A stretch of 54,002 bases of DNA, taken from contig JANTGD010000001.1 of assembly GCA_024763135.1 (NCBI GenBank), positions 1-54,002 of the forward strand. Direction: 5' to 3'. Shown piece by piece: positions 10,746 through 20,450 of this stretch; positions within the stretch are counted from its first letter, which is position 1; each line of letters starts with the position of its first letter. The notes beneath the pieces are model-generated. The model made no database searches. It had not been told where the DNA came from and saw nothing but the letters and a program-made list of their open reading frames with translations. Position numbers and translations under genes: made by a program. This DNA comes from Thiotrichales bacterium (lineage in GTDB: Bacteria > Pseudomonadota > Gammaproteobacteria > UWMA-0217).

Positions 10746-13690
10746 TGGATAATTTAAAAGATATATATAGGTCTCATACCGGAAAAGTCTCAGATAAATG
10801 GGAGCTGTATCTCGATGAGTATACACGTCTTCTCAATAAATTCCGTAACGAACCAATATCTATTTTAGAAATTGGCATTCAAAATGGAGGCTCGTTAGAG
10901 ATTTGGTCAAAATATTTTGCTGCAGCAAAATCGATACTAGGATGTGATATTGACTCAAATTGTGAGAATCTTCGTTATGACGATGAGCGTATAAATGTCA
11001 TAGTTGGAGACGTGAACGATGACTCCACAAAATCCAGAATCATCGAACTAAATAATAGATTTGACATTATAATTGATGACGGGTCGCATACTTCTGCAGA
11101 CATCATAGAAACTTTTGTAAACTACTATCCTTTTCTAAACGAAGGCGGACTTTATATTGTTGAGGACATACATTGCAGCTACTGGAAAGAATTTGGTGGC
11201 GGTCTTTACTCACCATTTACCGCTATTGAGTTTTTTAAAAAGCTTACCGATGTTATTAACCATGAACACTGGGGAATAGAAAGTAGCACAGAGCAATTTC
11301 TATCCCGGATAATTGGAGTTTACGACATACACCCAGAGCATTTCATTAAAACGTTAAATAGCATACATTCAATTAGCTTTGCAAACTCCTTAGTCACAAT
11401 AAATAAATTAACTACCCCATATCATGGATTAGGGAATAGAGTAATATCTGGTAACTCTGCCAGTGTCAACAATGAAGTCATATCTCTAGGAGGGTGCACA
11501 TCAGTAGCCCCGCCTCAAACTGAAAATAAATGGTCAACTCTTCAGTGCTCCCCTAGCGAATCTTTTGAATCTCTCCAACAAGAGCTCACAGAGCGTACAA
11601 ATCTAAATTTATCGCTACAAAATAAAATAGATGATTTACACGAGAAACTCATTTTAAGCGAGGCCAAAAACTCCGACCTCAATAAGAATTTAGCTGAACT
11701 ATCAAAGAATCTGGAGTCTTCCACCGATAAACTAGCCAAACAAAAACTGAAGGCCGCTGAATATAAAGAAAATATAGATAAATTATCATTTAATTATCAG
11801 TCAATGCTGAATTCAACATCCTGGAAAATTACTAAACCGATAAGAAATCTATCTGTCTATCTTTCAAAATTCAAACATTTAGTACACGGTATCAATCAAA
11901 AACAATTAGTAAAAAGGTTTCTCACGCTACCTAAAGTATATTCGTTATCAAACCGATTCCTGAGTGGCTTTCTCCATAAAAGCACTTCAGTAACGGAGGA
12001 TACTGACAATAAATCGTATCATTCTTGGTATGAATCGAGGTATAACTCAGACAAAGTATCGCGATGGTCTGAAGATACTAAATCGCTTGAGTTTAGCCCA
12101 CTTATTTCAATCATCATGCCGGTGCATAGGCCATGTATACAACATTTCAGTTGTGCTGTTGATTCTGTTCTCGCTCAATCATATAGTAATTGGGAGCTTT
12201 GTATCGTAGATGATGCTTCAAATCTAGCGAATCTCACCAAGATTATTGCAGATTACGCTTCCAACGACACTAGAATTAAATTCACAGAAAATCTGAACAA
12301 TCAACACATATCACTTTCTTCTAACGAAGCACTTGAGTTGGCATCAGGTGATTATTTTATTTTGCTTGATCACGATGACGTGCTCCCAAATTTTGCTCTC
12401 TCTGTTCTTGCTTTAAGTATCGCAAAACATCCTGATGCAGAGTTTTTCTATAGTGATGAAGACCGAATCACAGAAAGCAACACCCTTGTTAAGCCATTTT
12501 TTAAGCCTGATTGGTCTCCACATCTTTTATATTCTCAAAACTATATCACACATCTCACGTGTTTTAAAAAGTCTTTATATGAAAAGTGCGGAGGATTTCG
12601 GAAAGGTTTAGAGGGTGCGCAAGACTATGATTTATTTTTACGTTATTGTTATGCTGCAAATGAAATAATACATATTCCAGAGATTCTATACCATTGGCGT
12701 GAACATGGCTTATCAACTTCACTGAACTCAGATTCAAAACCATATGCACACGACGCCGGCCTATCCGCTCTAAGAGATCATCTACATAATAAATATCCCA
12801 AACAGTTCAAAGGAGACATCGAGAGTAATTTTCTTTTTACATATTCACCAAGATTTTTATTAAGCCCCTCCTCGCTTGTTTCCATCATCATTCCCACAAA
12901 AGACAAAATTGACTTATTAAAAAAGTGCATTGATAGCATACTAAGCAAATCACTATGGAAAAATTTCGAAATACTGGTTATCAATAACAACTCCACTGAA
13001 GACAAGAGCTTTGCATATTTTGAAAAAATTTCTCAACACCCTAATATTAGGGTTATCGATGCGCCTATTCCTTTCAACTGGTCTAAAGTTAATAATATAG
13101 GAGCTAGTCATGCTCAGGGCGACGTTTTTGTTTTTTTAAATAATGATATTGAAATCATTACACCTGATTGGATAAATATTCTTGCAAGCTACAGCTTACT
13201 TCCAGACGTCGGCACCGTAGGACCTCTGTTATTATATGAAAACGATACAATTCAACACGCGGGAGCAATTGTGGGAATGAATGGATGGGCAGATCATGTC
13301 TTCAAATCATTACCCCCTAAACATCACGTAGGCCCATTTGTATCTCCGCTCATATCTCGTAATGTACTCGCAGTAACCGGTGCATGTACGAGTATTGAAG
13401 CTGCAAAATTCAAAGAACTCGGCGGATATGATGAAGAATTTATTATTTGTGGGAGTGATATTGAGCTAGGCGTTAGAAGTTCTAAGAAGGGTTATTACAA
13501 CGTTTATACACCAGATGTGAGATTATATCATTTTGAATCCATGACTAGAGATAACTACGTTCCCGAAGTAGATTTCGTAAACTCAGATATAAAATATGCA
13601 CCTTACCGCACAGATCAAACTGACCCTTTCTTTAACCCTAATCTAGATATTTTCAATACAACCCCGAACATCTGCGCCAATGACAAATAG
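10745..13690 (+). CDS. Multidomain glycan polymerase/terminator candidate: SAM-methyltransferase, coiled coil and two GT2 glycosyltransferase domains (WsaE-like architecture)
   Basis: 981 aa. The N-terminus has a class I methyltransferase fold signature (ILEIGIQNGGSLEIW ... IIIDDGSH ... GGLYIVEDI). Residues about 275-350 are heptad-rich (LQQELTERTNLNLSLQNKIDDLHEKLILSEAKNSDLNKNLAELSKNLESS) followed by STSWKITKPIR. There are two GT2 cores (ISIIMPVHRP...CIVDDAS...LLDHDD and VSIIIPTKDK...LVINNNS...FLNNDIE). Confidence 0.75.
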   Translation: MDNLKDIYRSHTGKVSDKWELYLDEYTRLLNKFRNEPISILEIGIQNGGSLEIWSKYFAAAKSILGCDIDSNCENLRYDDERINVIVGDVNDDSTKSRIIELNNRFDIIIDDGSHTSADIIETFVNYYPFLNEGGLYIVEDIHCSYWKEFGGGLYSPFTAIEFFKKLTDVINHEHWGIESSTEQFLSRIIGVYDIHPEHFIKTLNSIHSISFANSLVTINKLTTPYHGLGNRVISGNSASVNNEVISLGGCTSVAPPQTENKWSTLQCSPSESFESLQQELTERTNLNLSLQNKIDDLHEKLILSEAKNSDLNKNLAELSKNLESSTDKLAKQKLKAAEYKENIDKLSFNYQSMLNSTSWKITKPIRNLSVYLSKFKHLVHGINQKQLVKRFLTLPKVYSLSNRFLSGFLHKSTSVTEDTDNKSYHSWYESRYNSDKVSRWSEDTKSLEFSPLISIIMPVHRPCIQHFSCAVDSVLAQSYSNWELCIVDDASNLANLTKIIADYASNDTRIKFTENLNNQHISLSSNEALELASGDYFILLDHDDVLPNFALSVLALSIAKHPDAEFFYSDEDRITESNTLVKPFFKPDWSPHLLYSQNYITHLTCFKKSLYEKCGGFRKGLEGAQDYDLFLRYCYAANEIIHIPEILYHWREHGLSTSLNSDSKPYAHDAGLSALRDHLHNKYPKQFKGDIESNFLFTYSPRFLLSPSSLVSIIIPTKDKIDLLKKCIDSILSKSLWKNFEILVINNNSTEDKSFAYFEKISQHPNIRVIDAPIPFNWSKVNNIGASHAQGDVFVFLNNDIEIITPDWINILASYSLLPDVGTVGPLLLYENDTIQHAGAIVGMNGWADHVFKSLPPKHHVGPFVSPLISRNVLAVTGACTSIEAAKFKELGGYDEEFIICGSDIELGVRSSKKGYYNVYTPDVRLYHFESMTRDNYVPEVDFVNSDIKYAPYRTDQTDPFFNPNLDIFNTTPNICANDK

Positions 13691-14975
13691 TAAGATTTTA
13701 AGATTTCTTTTACGATCTAGAACAATCCTCCATTTTGCCAAAGAACTCTGCAGTGCAAGCAGAAACGAAGATACAATAAGGATCTCTATTCCAGAAACCA
13801 CCCCTTTTTCTTTATCCTCATCAAACATAAAGAAAATTCGATTAAACTTAGTAGTGCCTGGCATATCAGAAAGATATATTTTTGGCGGAATCGCCACAGC
13901 TTTGAAACTGTTTGAATCGGTTGCTGATGATAACTACGATCTACGAATTATTGTCTCTGACGAACAAGTAGCAATACCCGCTGAAGGAAAATTTTATTCT
14001 AATTGGGAGCCTGCGCCTTTAAACCATCCCGATAAAACTGGAAACATAATTACCGTAGCTGGAGATAGATATAACAAATCCTTGCCTATCAGAGAAAATG
14101 ATTTTTTTATAGCGACGGCTTGGTGGACTGCATATTCTGTCTTGGATGTTATAAAATGGCAGAAAAATAACTTTAGCGTTAATGATAGAAAATTTACTTA
14201 TTTAATTCAAGATTTTGAGCCTAATTTCTATCCGTGGTCTACTCGCTATGCAAAAGCACTGTCGACGTACCAACATTCCAATTCAACTATTGCCGTATTC
14301 AACACTTCGTTGCTAAAGGAATACTTTATAGATCAAGGCTTACATTTTAAAGATAGCTTTCATTTCGAGCCTCAGTTAAATGAGCGTTTAAAGAAATACA
14401 TAAATAATATCGATTCAACGTCAAAAAAAAAGAAATTAATCATATATGGCCGACCTTCCACTGAACGTAATGCTTTTGAGCTTATCATTGAAGTATTGAT
14501 GCTTTGGTCGTCACGTTTAGAAGGATCACAACATTGGGAGCTTATTTCACTAGGAGAACATCATGAAGACATATCATTAAATAACGGCGTCATACTTCGC
14601 TCAAGGGGAAAAGTCTCTTTGGACGAATATGCACAGCATTTAGTGGAATGTTCAGTTGGACTTTCTTTGATGGTTTCTCCACACCCTAGCTATCCGCCTC
14701 TAGAAATAGCTGCGTTTGGCGGGATTTCAGTCACTAACAACTTTTCTAATAAAGACCTTTCTACCTTACATCCAAATATCCTAAGCACACCTTCATTTGA
14801 TGCTGAATCCATTTCAGATTTATTAATTAACGCATGCAGTTCTGCTTTAAAAAAATCATTTAACTTAAAAAACAATCAGCATGATGGGTTTTTCTTCCTT
14901 AAAAACGAGGATCAGTTTAATTTTTCTAGTATTTTACGAAAAAAACTTATCACGCAACGTTCAAATAATATTTAG
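13680..14975 (+). CDS. Glycosyltransferase, WsaF-like (putative rhamnosyltransferase family)
   Basis: 431 aa. The N-terminal block IRLNLVVPGISERYIFGGIATALKLFE resembles the WsaF-family signature. Overlaps the upstream gene by 11 nt. Confidence 0.6.
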   Translation: MTNSKILRFLLRSRTILHFAKELCSASRNEDTIRISIPETTPFSLSSSNIKKIRLNLVVPGISERYIFGGIATALKLFESVADDNYDLRIIVSDEQVAIPAEGKFYSNWEPAPLNHPDKTGNIITVAGDRYNKSLPIRENDFFIATAWWTAYSVLDVIKWQKNNFSVNDRKFTYLIQDFEPNFYPWSTRYAKALSTYQHSNSTIAVFNTSLLKEYFIDQGLHFKDSFHFEPQLNERLKKYINNIDSTSKKKKLIIYGRPSTERNAFELIIEVLMLWSSRLEGSQHWELISLGEHHEDISLNNGVILRSRGKVSLDEYAQHLVECSVGLSLMVSPHPSYPPLEIAAFGGISVTNNFSNKDLSTLHPNILSTPSFDAESISDLLINACSSALKKSFNLKNNQHDGFFFLKNEDQFNFSSILRKKLITQRSNNI

Positions 14976-14993
14976 ATGTTTTCTTTATAGCGC

Positions 14994-15911
14994 ATGTCCC
15001 GTAACTCAACAGCAACAAAAGTATGTGCTAGCATCGTAATTTACAAACAATGCCCAGAAACACTTAGCACGTTAATTAATTCTTTGCTGCATCAGGCAGA
15101 GCAAATTATAATTGTGGACAATAATGAATCGCCATCTTTATCTCCGACGGATGGCCGTATTGTATATTTTCCTAACAATGAAAACTTGGGGATCTCTAGG
15201 GGACATAACATATCATTTCAATGGGCAGAAAAAAACAATTTTACTCACCTTTTAACTTTCGATCAAGACAGCTCCATAGACACCACACTGATTGAGAAAC
15301 TATTACAAGCTGAACACACGTTAATCGATCAAGGGCATAATGTAGCTTGTGTAGGACCAAGTTTTATAGATCCTAGAAATCAATTTACTGCACCATTTAT
15401 CACCCTATCTGGCTGGAAAATAATTAAAAAAAGCTGCGACAATGAAAACACCAACTTCATATCGGTGGATTATCTGATAACGTCCGGATCATTATTCAAT
15501 TTAAAAGCCTCAAAGGAAATAGGTTACTTTGATGAGCTTTTATTTATTGATTACGTTGATATCGAGTGGGGTCTACGTGCAAAGTCTATGGGATACAAGC
15601 TGTTTGGAATCTGCGACGCAACCATGCAACACACGATAGGTGATCCACCACTTAAATTAAGATTCATTAATAAGAAAATTCCACTTCACAGCCCATTGAG
15701 ACATTATTATCATTTTCGTAACGCGATTTTGATTTATAAACGACCTTATATCATCACGAAGTGGATAGTCAATGATTCAATAAGACTTGCTATAAAATAT
15801 TTTGTATATTCTTTTTTTGCCCCAAAAGCTAAAGCGCACTTTACCATGATCAATAAAGGTATTCTTCATGGCGTTATTGGTATTTCAGGAAAATATACTA
15901 CTAAAAAATAG
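14994..15911 (+). CDS. Glycosyltransferase family 2 (rhamnosyltransferase-like)
   Basis: 305 aa. ASIVIYKQ...IIIVDNNES...LTFDQDS...FIDYVDIEWGLR pattern typical of WbbL/RfbQ-type GT2 enzymes. Confidence 0.7.
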   Translation: MSRNSTATKVCASIVIYKQCPETLSTLINSLLHQAEQIIIVDNNESPSLSPTDGRIVYFPNNENLGISRGHNISFQWAEKNNFTHLLTFDQDSSIDTTLIEKLLQAEHTLIDQGHNVACVGPSFIDPRNQFTAPFITLSGWKIIKKSCDNENTNFISVDYLITSGSLFNLKASKEIGYFDELLFIDYVDIEWGLRAKSMGYKLFGICDATMQHTIGDPPLKLRFINKKIPLHSPLRHYYHFRNAILIYKRPYIITKWIVNDSIRLAIKYFVYSFFAPKAKAHFTMINKGILHGVIGISGKYTTKK

Positions 15912-15925
15912 GTCAGGCACACCAA

Positions 15926-16801
15926 GTGGCTATAGAGTACAAACATCACGATGCTGGGATTACATTAGTTACTATTAATTTTAATGCTGGCCTGTTACTG
16001 AAGGATTGCATCTCTAGCGCCCTATCGTCAACTTTAGTGCGTTACGTTTATGTCATCGACAATGCCTCAACTGATAATAGTCTTTCATCACTGGAGGCTG
16101 AAATCAGCGATACTCGGCTCAAAGTATTCAGGAATACCTCGAATGTCGGTTTTGGAAGCGCAAATAATCAAGCGCTCAAACTGATAGATACAGAGTATAT
16201 ACTCCTGCTTAACCCTGACTGCATCGTATCTAAAGAAGCAATTGACCAGCTCGTGTTAGCTGCTCAAGCAGACATTAATTCTGGGCTTTTGGGCCCGCTT
16301 ATACTAAATGAAGACGGAAGCGAACAACGGGGTTGTCGTCGACGCGAACCTAAACCTGAGCTGCTTCTAAAAACGTTATTGAGCGCAAAGAGAGGCGGAA
16401 TCAACCAAGTAGGAGCGCCCCTGTCCAAGGAACCGCAAACCGTAGACGCTATTTCTGGCGCTTGTATGCTGGTTCGTCGCGATGCGCTGTTTGATGTTGG
16501 CCTTTTCGACGAAGATTACTTTTTACATTTCGAAGATTTGGACTGGTGCAAACGATTTTGGCTTAAAGGTTGGAAAGTTCTTTTCGTTCCTGCCTCAACA
16601 GTCGTACACGCCCAGGGCGCTTGCAGCCGCAGAAGCCGTTTAAGTGTTGAAAGGCATAAAATCAACGGCCTCAAGCGCTATTATAAAAAATACTATGACA
16701 AAGAATACTCGTCAATTAATCTTAATATGATCTATTTTTTAGTCTATCTTCGCTATCTTATCCTTGCTCCTGTATGGTTATGGAAAAACAGAAAACAGTA
16801 A
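15926..16801 (+). CDS. Glycosyltransferase family 2
   Basis: 291 aa with a GTG start. ITLVTINFNAG...VIDNASTDNS...LLLNPDCIV...ISGACMLVRRD...FEDLDWCKR GT2 hallmark blocks. Confidence 0.75.
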   Translation: MAIEYKHHDAGITLVTINFNAGLLLKDCISSALSSTLVRYVYVIDNASTDNSLSSLEAEISDTRLKVFRNTSNVGFGSANNQALKLIDTEYILLLNPDCIVSKEAIDQLVLAAQADINSGLLGPLILNEDGSEQRGCRRREPKPELLLKTLLSAKRGGINQVGAPLSKEPQTVDAISGACMLVRRDALFDVGLFDEDYFLHFEDLDWCKRFWLKGWKVLFVPASTVVHAQGACSRRSRLSVERHKINGLKRYYKKYYDKEYSSINLNMIYFLVYLRYLILAPVWLWKNRKQ

Positions 16802-17676
16802 CGCGCATCTCTGTTACAGGTGCAACGAGTATTGTAGGCCACTTCCTTTTACCTTTGCTCAGGAACTCCCCAACACCTATTCGTGCCATTAGCCGTTCTT
16901 CTGATCCTTTTATTACACCTAAGGAGCAGGTCTCGCTTCAAACATGGCATAGAGTCGACCTGAGCAAAGAAGTGGTTGAGTTTTTAGAACAAGAAACTCT
17001 TATTCATTTGGCTCCAATTTGGTTGTTGCCTGATCTTTTAGATCGCGCTCCTATCAAACCGATGCGTGTTATCGCCTTTAGTTCCACCAGCATGTTCACT
17101 AAAAAAGATTCACCCTCCAAGAGGGATCAACTTCTCGTAAAAAAATTGCAACATGCGGAGCATAACTCAATTCAACGATGCGAGGCACTTGGCATTCCAT
17201 GGACTATTCTCCGCCCTACAATGATTTACGGTGGTCGCCTCGATAAAAATATCAGTAGAATAGCTTCTTTTATTCAGCGTTATGGCTTCTTTTTGTTGCC
17301 TCGCCAAAGCGCTGGATTACGAATGCCTGTCCATGCGGGGGATCTTGCTACCGCGACGCTACGGATTCTGAATAATCCATGTACCGCTAACAAAGAGTAT
17401 AATTTGGGTGGAGGGGAATCCCTGCCCTACTATGAGCTGGTCACCAGAATATTCTCAACATTAGACAAAAAACCTAGAATCATCTCAGTTCCTTTTTCTT
17501 ATATAGCGACGATGCTACACATCGCGAACGCGTTTCATTTAATAGCGGATGCTGATACTGAGATACTCAGACGCATGAGCGAAGATCTGGTTTTTGATCA
17601 CACGCTGGCAGTTGTCGATTTCGACTACTCACCAAGACCCTTTCGCCCTAACAGGGATGATCTCCGGATTGACTAA
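16774..17676 (+). CDS. NAD(P)-dependent epimerase/dehydratase-family (SDR) protein, specific function unknown
   Basis: 300 aa. N-terminal glycine-rich ISVTGATSIVGHFL motif and extended-SDR-like length. Overlaps the preceding GT2 gene by 28 nt, or 22 nt from the ATG at 16780. Confidence 0.55.
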   Translation: MVMEKQKTVTRISVTGATSIVGHFLLPLLRNSPTPIRAISRSSDPFITPKEQVSLQTWHRVDLSKEVVEFLEQETLIHLAPIWLLPDLLDRAPIKPMRVIAFSSTSMFTKKDSPSKRDQLLVKKLQHAEHNSIQRCEALGIPWTILRPTMIYGGRLDKNISRIASFIQRYGFFLLPRQSAGLRMPVHAGDLATATLRILNNPCTANKEYNLGGGESLPYYELVTRIFSTLDKKPRIISVPFSYIATMLHIANAFHLIADADTEILRRMSEDLVFDHTLAVVDFDYSPRPFRPNRDDLRID

Positions 17677-17708
17677 GGGAATCTATAGCAAATGCGTTTA
17701 ACAGGCTG

Positions 17709-17876
17709 TTAAGGAAGCTCTGATCAATTCGTAACGCGGCATCTTGCGGCCCAAAATCGCCCACTGCTGCCTGGCGCATCTTCGCAATAGCCAGCAATTA
17801 CCTGCGATCCGCACCTTGAACTGGATGATTTTTCACCACAATCTGCTCGCGCCAGAATTAATCAGAGCGTCCTTAA
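17709..17876. mobile_element. Repeat family B, copy B1: 168-bp MITE-like element, inverted relative to B2 and B3
   Basis: Begins TTAAGGAAGCTCTGATCAATTC and ends GAATTAATCAGAGCGTCCTTAA. Its reverse complement aligns along the full length with 23920-24087 and 28396-28562. Confidence 0.8.
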
Positions 17877-17954
17877 ATTGATTCGCAATGCCGTGGACTA
17901 CAAGGGTAGAGAATTTTCTACCAGATTTCTGAGAACCACCGTATCGCTTGAGAG

Positions 17955-18983
17955 CTAATGGACGCGATACCTATAATAATCTAGAAACCAGTCTGCAAAT
18001 CGTTGGACCCCAATTTTCAGAGGTGTTGCGGGCTGGTATCCGAAGTCTGCGACCAGGTCATCCACGTTCGCATAGGTATTGAGCATATCCCCAGGCTGGA
18101 GTGGTAATAGATTTTTCTTTGCTTGTTTGCCAAGCGCGGACTCCAACGCCTCTATATATTTAAGCAGCTCAATGGGCTGGTTACTCCCAATATTATAGAC
18201 ACGCCAAGGCGCCATACTCGTACCAGGGTCGGGAGATTCCCCAGTCCAATCAGGATTTGGCCTGGCGGGCTGATCTACCACTCTTATGACACCTTCGACA
18301 ATGTCGTCGATATACGTGAAGTCGCGCTGGTGATGGCCGTAATTGTAAACATCAATAGGCTCTCCCTGCATAATCTTCTTTGCGAATTTAAGCATAGCCA
18401 TATCTGGACGGCTCCATGGGCCATATACGGTAAAAAACCGCAATCCAGTGGTAGGAAGCTCATAAAGATGCGAATAAGTGTGCGCCATTAACTCATTCGC
18501 TTTCTTAGACGCAGCATACAAGCTCAAAGGATGATCAACATTATCGTGCACAGAATAGGGCATTGATCGATTTGCGCCGTAGACCGAGCTTGAGGATGCG
18601 TAGACTAAATGTTTGACGCCATGGTGCCTGCAACCTTCCAATAAATGCGCAAAACCTACGATATTACTATCAACATAGGATAACGGGTTCTCTAAAGAAT
18701 AACGCACGCCGGCTTGAGCAGCTAAGTTTACGACGGTATCAAAGGCATTGTCCTTAAAAATTGCCTCTATCGCATCACGATCAGCCAAATCTGCTTTGAT
18801 GAATTGGAAGTGTTCCTGCTCCATCAGTCGTGCAAGACGGGCTTCTTTTAAAGAAACCTCGTAATAATCGTTGAGCACATCGAGGCCGACAACCGAGTCT
18901 CCCCTAGCGAGCAATGCCTCTGACAATGCAGCCCCAATGAAACCAGCAGCACCTGTGACGAGCACGTTCATAAGTCGCTTCAA
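17955..18983 (-). CDS. UDP-glucuronate 4-epimerase (NAD-dependent epimerase, CapI/LpsL-like)
   Basis: 342 aa. [35 protein letters not shown] and YAASKKANE motifs. Overlaps ugd by 4 nt. Confidence 0.8.
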   Translation of the reverse strand: MKRLMNVLVTGAAGFIGAALSEALLARGDSVVGLDVLNDYYEVSLKEARLARLMEQEHFQFIKADLADRDAIEAIFKDNAFDTVVNLAAQAGVRYSLENPLSYVDSNIVGFAHLLEGCRHHGVKHLVYASSSSVYGANRSMPYSVHDNVDHPLSLYAASKKANELMAHTYSHLYELPTTGLRFFTVYGPWSRPDMAMLKFAKKIMQGEPIDVYNYGHHQRDFTYIDDIVEGVIRVVDQPARPNPDWTGESPDPGTSMAPWRVYNIGSNQPIELLKYIEALESALGKQAKKNLLPLQPGDMLNTYANVDDLVADFGYQPATPLKIGVQRFADWFLDYYRYRVH

Positions 18984-20326
18984 ACCTCGGCTGAGTGAGA
19001 AACTGTCGGACGACCTACGGCATAATACGTAAAGCCGTAATGCTGCATTCGCCTGGGCTCATACAAATTCCGCCCATCGACAATCACGGGCTGCGCCAAG
19101 CGTTCGGCAATATCCTTAAAATCTGGGCTGCGAAATATTTTCCATTCGGTACAAATTGTTAAGGCATCGGCGCCATCGAGCGCTTTCTCTGGCTGGTCAA
19201 ACAAGCTCAGATCGTCACGTTGGCCGTAAATGCGATGTGTTTCTTCGCGTGCTTCAGGGTCATAAGCCTGAACTTTCGCACCAGCGTTCCAAAGGGCTTC
19301 CATCAAAATACGGCTAGGCGCTTCCCGCATATCGTCGGTACCTGGCTTGAACGCCAACCCCCAAATGGCAATCGTTTTACCAGCGAGATTACCCTCGAAA
19401 TGCTGATTCAGCTTTTCGAACAAAATTTCCTTTTGCAGATCATTGCGAGTCTCTACTGCTGATAACACCCTAGCATCAAAACCGACTTCACGGGCTGTAC
19501 GTTCCAGTGCCTTTACATCTTTTGGAAAGCAAGAGCCTCCATAGCCGCACCCAGGGTAAATAAACTGATAACCGATCCGCGGATCCGAGCCGATACCCCG
19601 ACGTACTGCTTCAATATCGGCCCCAAGTCGCTCAGCTAATTGCGACATCTCATTCATGAAACTGATTTTCGTCGCAAGCATTGCATTCGCTGCATACTTT
19701 GTAAGCTCTGCAGACCGCACATCCATTACGATCAATTTGTCGTGGTTGCGGCTAAATGGTTGATACAGTTCTTGCATCACTTCTGTTGCATATTCGGTTT
19801 CTACTCCGACTACGATACGATCCGGCTTCATGAAATCATTGATCGCCGCGCCTTCTTTCAGAAACTCCGGGTTTGAAACCACCTGAAAATCGATGTCAAG
19901 TTTTCGTTCTGCAAGTGCCTTGCGAACGGTTTCTTTCACTTTATCCGCAGTACCGACTGGGACAGTTGATTTGTCTATGACGACTTTAGGGCTCTGCATA
20001 CGATCGCCGATCGTTTTAGCGACGGACAATACATATTGAAGATCGGCAGACCCATCTTCATCAGGCGGTGTACCTACCGCAATAAACTGGACTTCAGCAT
20101 GTCTGACCGCTCGATCCATATCAGTAGTAAAGTCGATTTTGCCCTGCCCCATCGCCTTTTTGAGCAAACCTTCCAGACCGGGTTCATAAATAGGTAGTTC
20201 GCCTTGTTTTAAGCGATCGATCTTGTTGGCATCAACGTCGACACACAAGACATTATTGCCCACATCTGCGAGGCAAACGCCTGTCACTAATCCAACATAA
20301 CCTGACCCATAGATTGTAATGCGCAT
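18980..20326 (-). CDS. ugd: UDP-glucose 6-dehydrogenase
   Basis: 448 aa. N-terminal [16 protein letters not shown] Rossmann motif and the catalytic GGSCFPKD block. Confidence 0.93.
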   Translation of the reverse strand: MRITIYGSGYVGLVTGVCLADVGNNVLCVDVDANKIDRLKQGELPIYEPGLEGLLKKAMGQGKIDFTTDMDRAVRHAEVQFIAVGTPPDEDGSADLQYVLSVAKTIGDRMQSPKVVIDKSTVPVGTADKVKETVRKALAERKLDIDFQVVSNPEFLKEGAAINDFMKPDRIVVGVETEYATEVMQELYQPFSRNHDKLIVMDVRSAELTKYAANAMLATKISFMNEMSQLAERLGADIEAVRRGIGSDPRIGYQFIYPGCGYGGSCFPKDVKALERTAREVGFDARVLSAVETRNDLQKEILFEKLNQHFEGNLAGKTIAIWGLAFKPGTDDMREAPSRILMEALWNAGAKVQAYDPEAREETHRIYGQRDDLSLFDQPEKALDGADALTICTEWKIFRSPDFKDIAERLAQPVIVDGRNLYEPRRMQHYGFTYYAVGRPTVSHSAEV

Positions 20327-20450
20327 AATACTAATCCACCCTTTATAAATTTAACCTAATAATTTTTCACAACAACTCTGAAATTTTAGTATTATTTTTT
20401 TCATTCAAGGACTTAAAAACAAGTTATTATTTCAATTACCCCGTGCTTGT

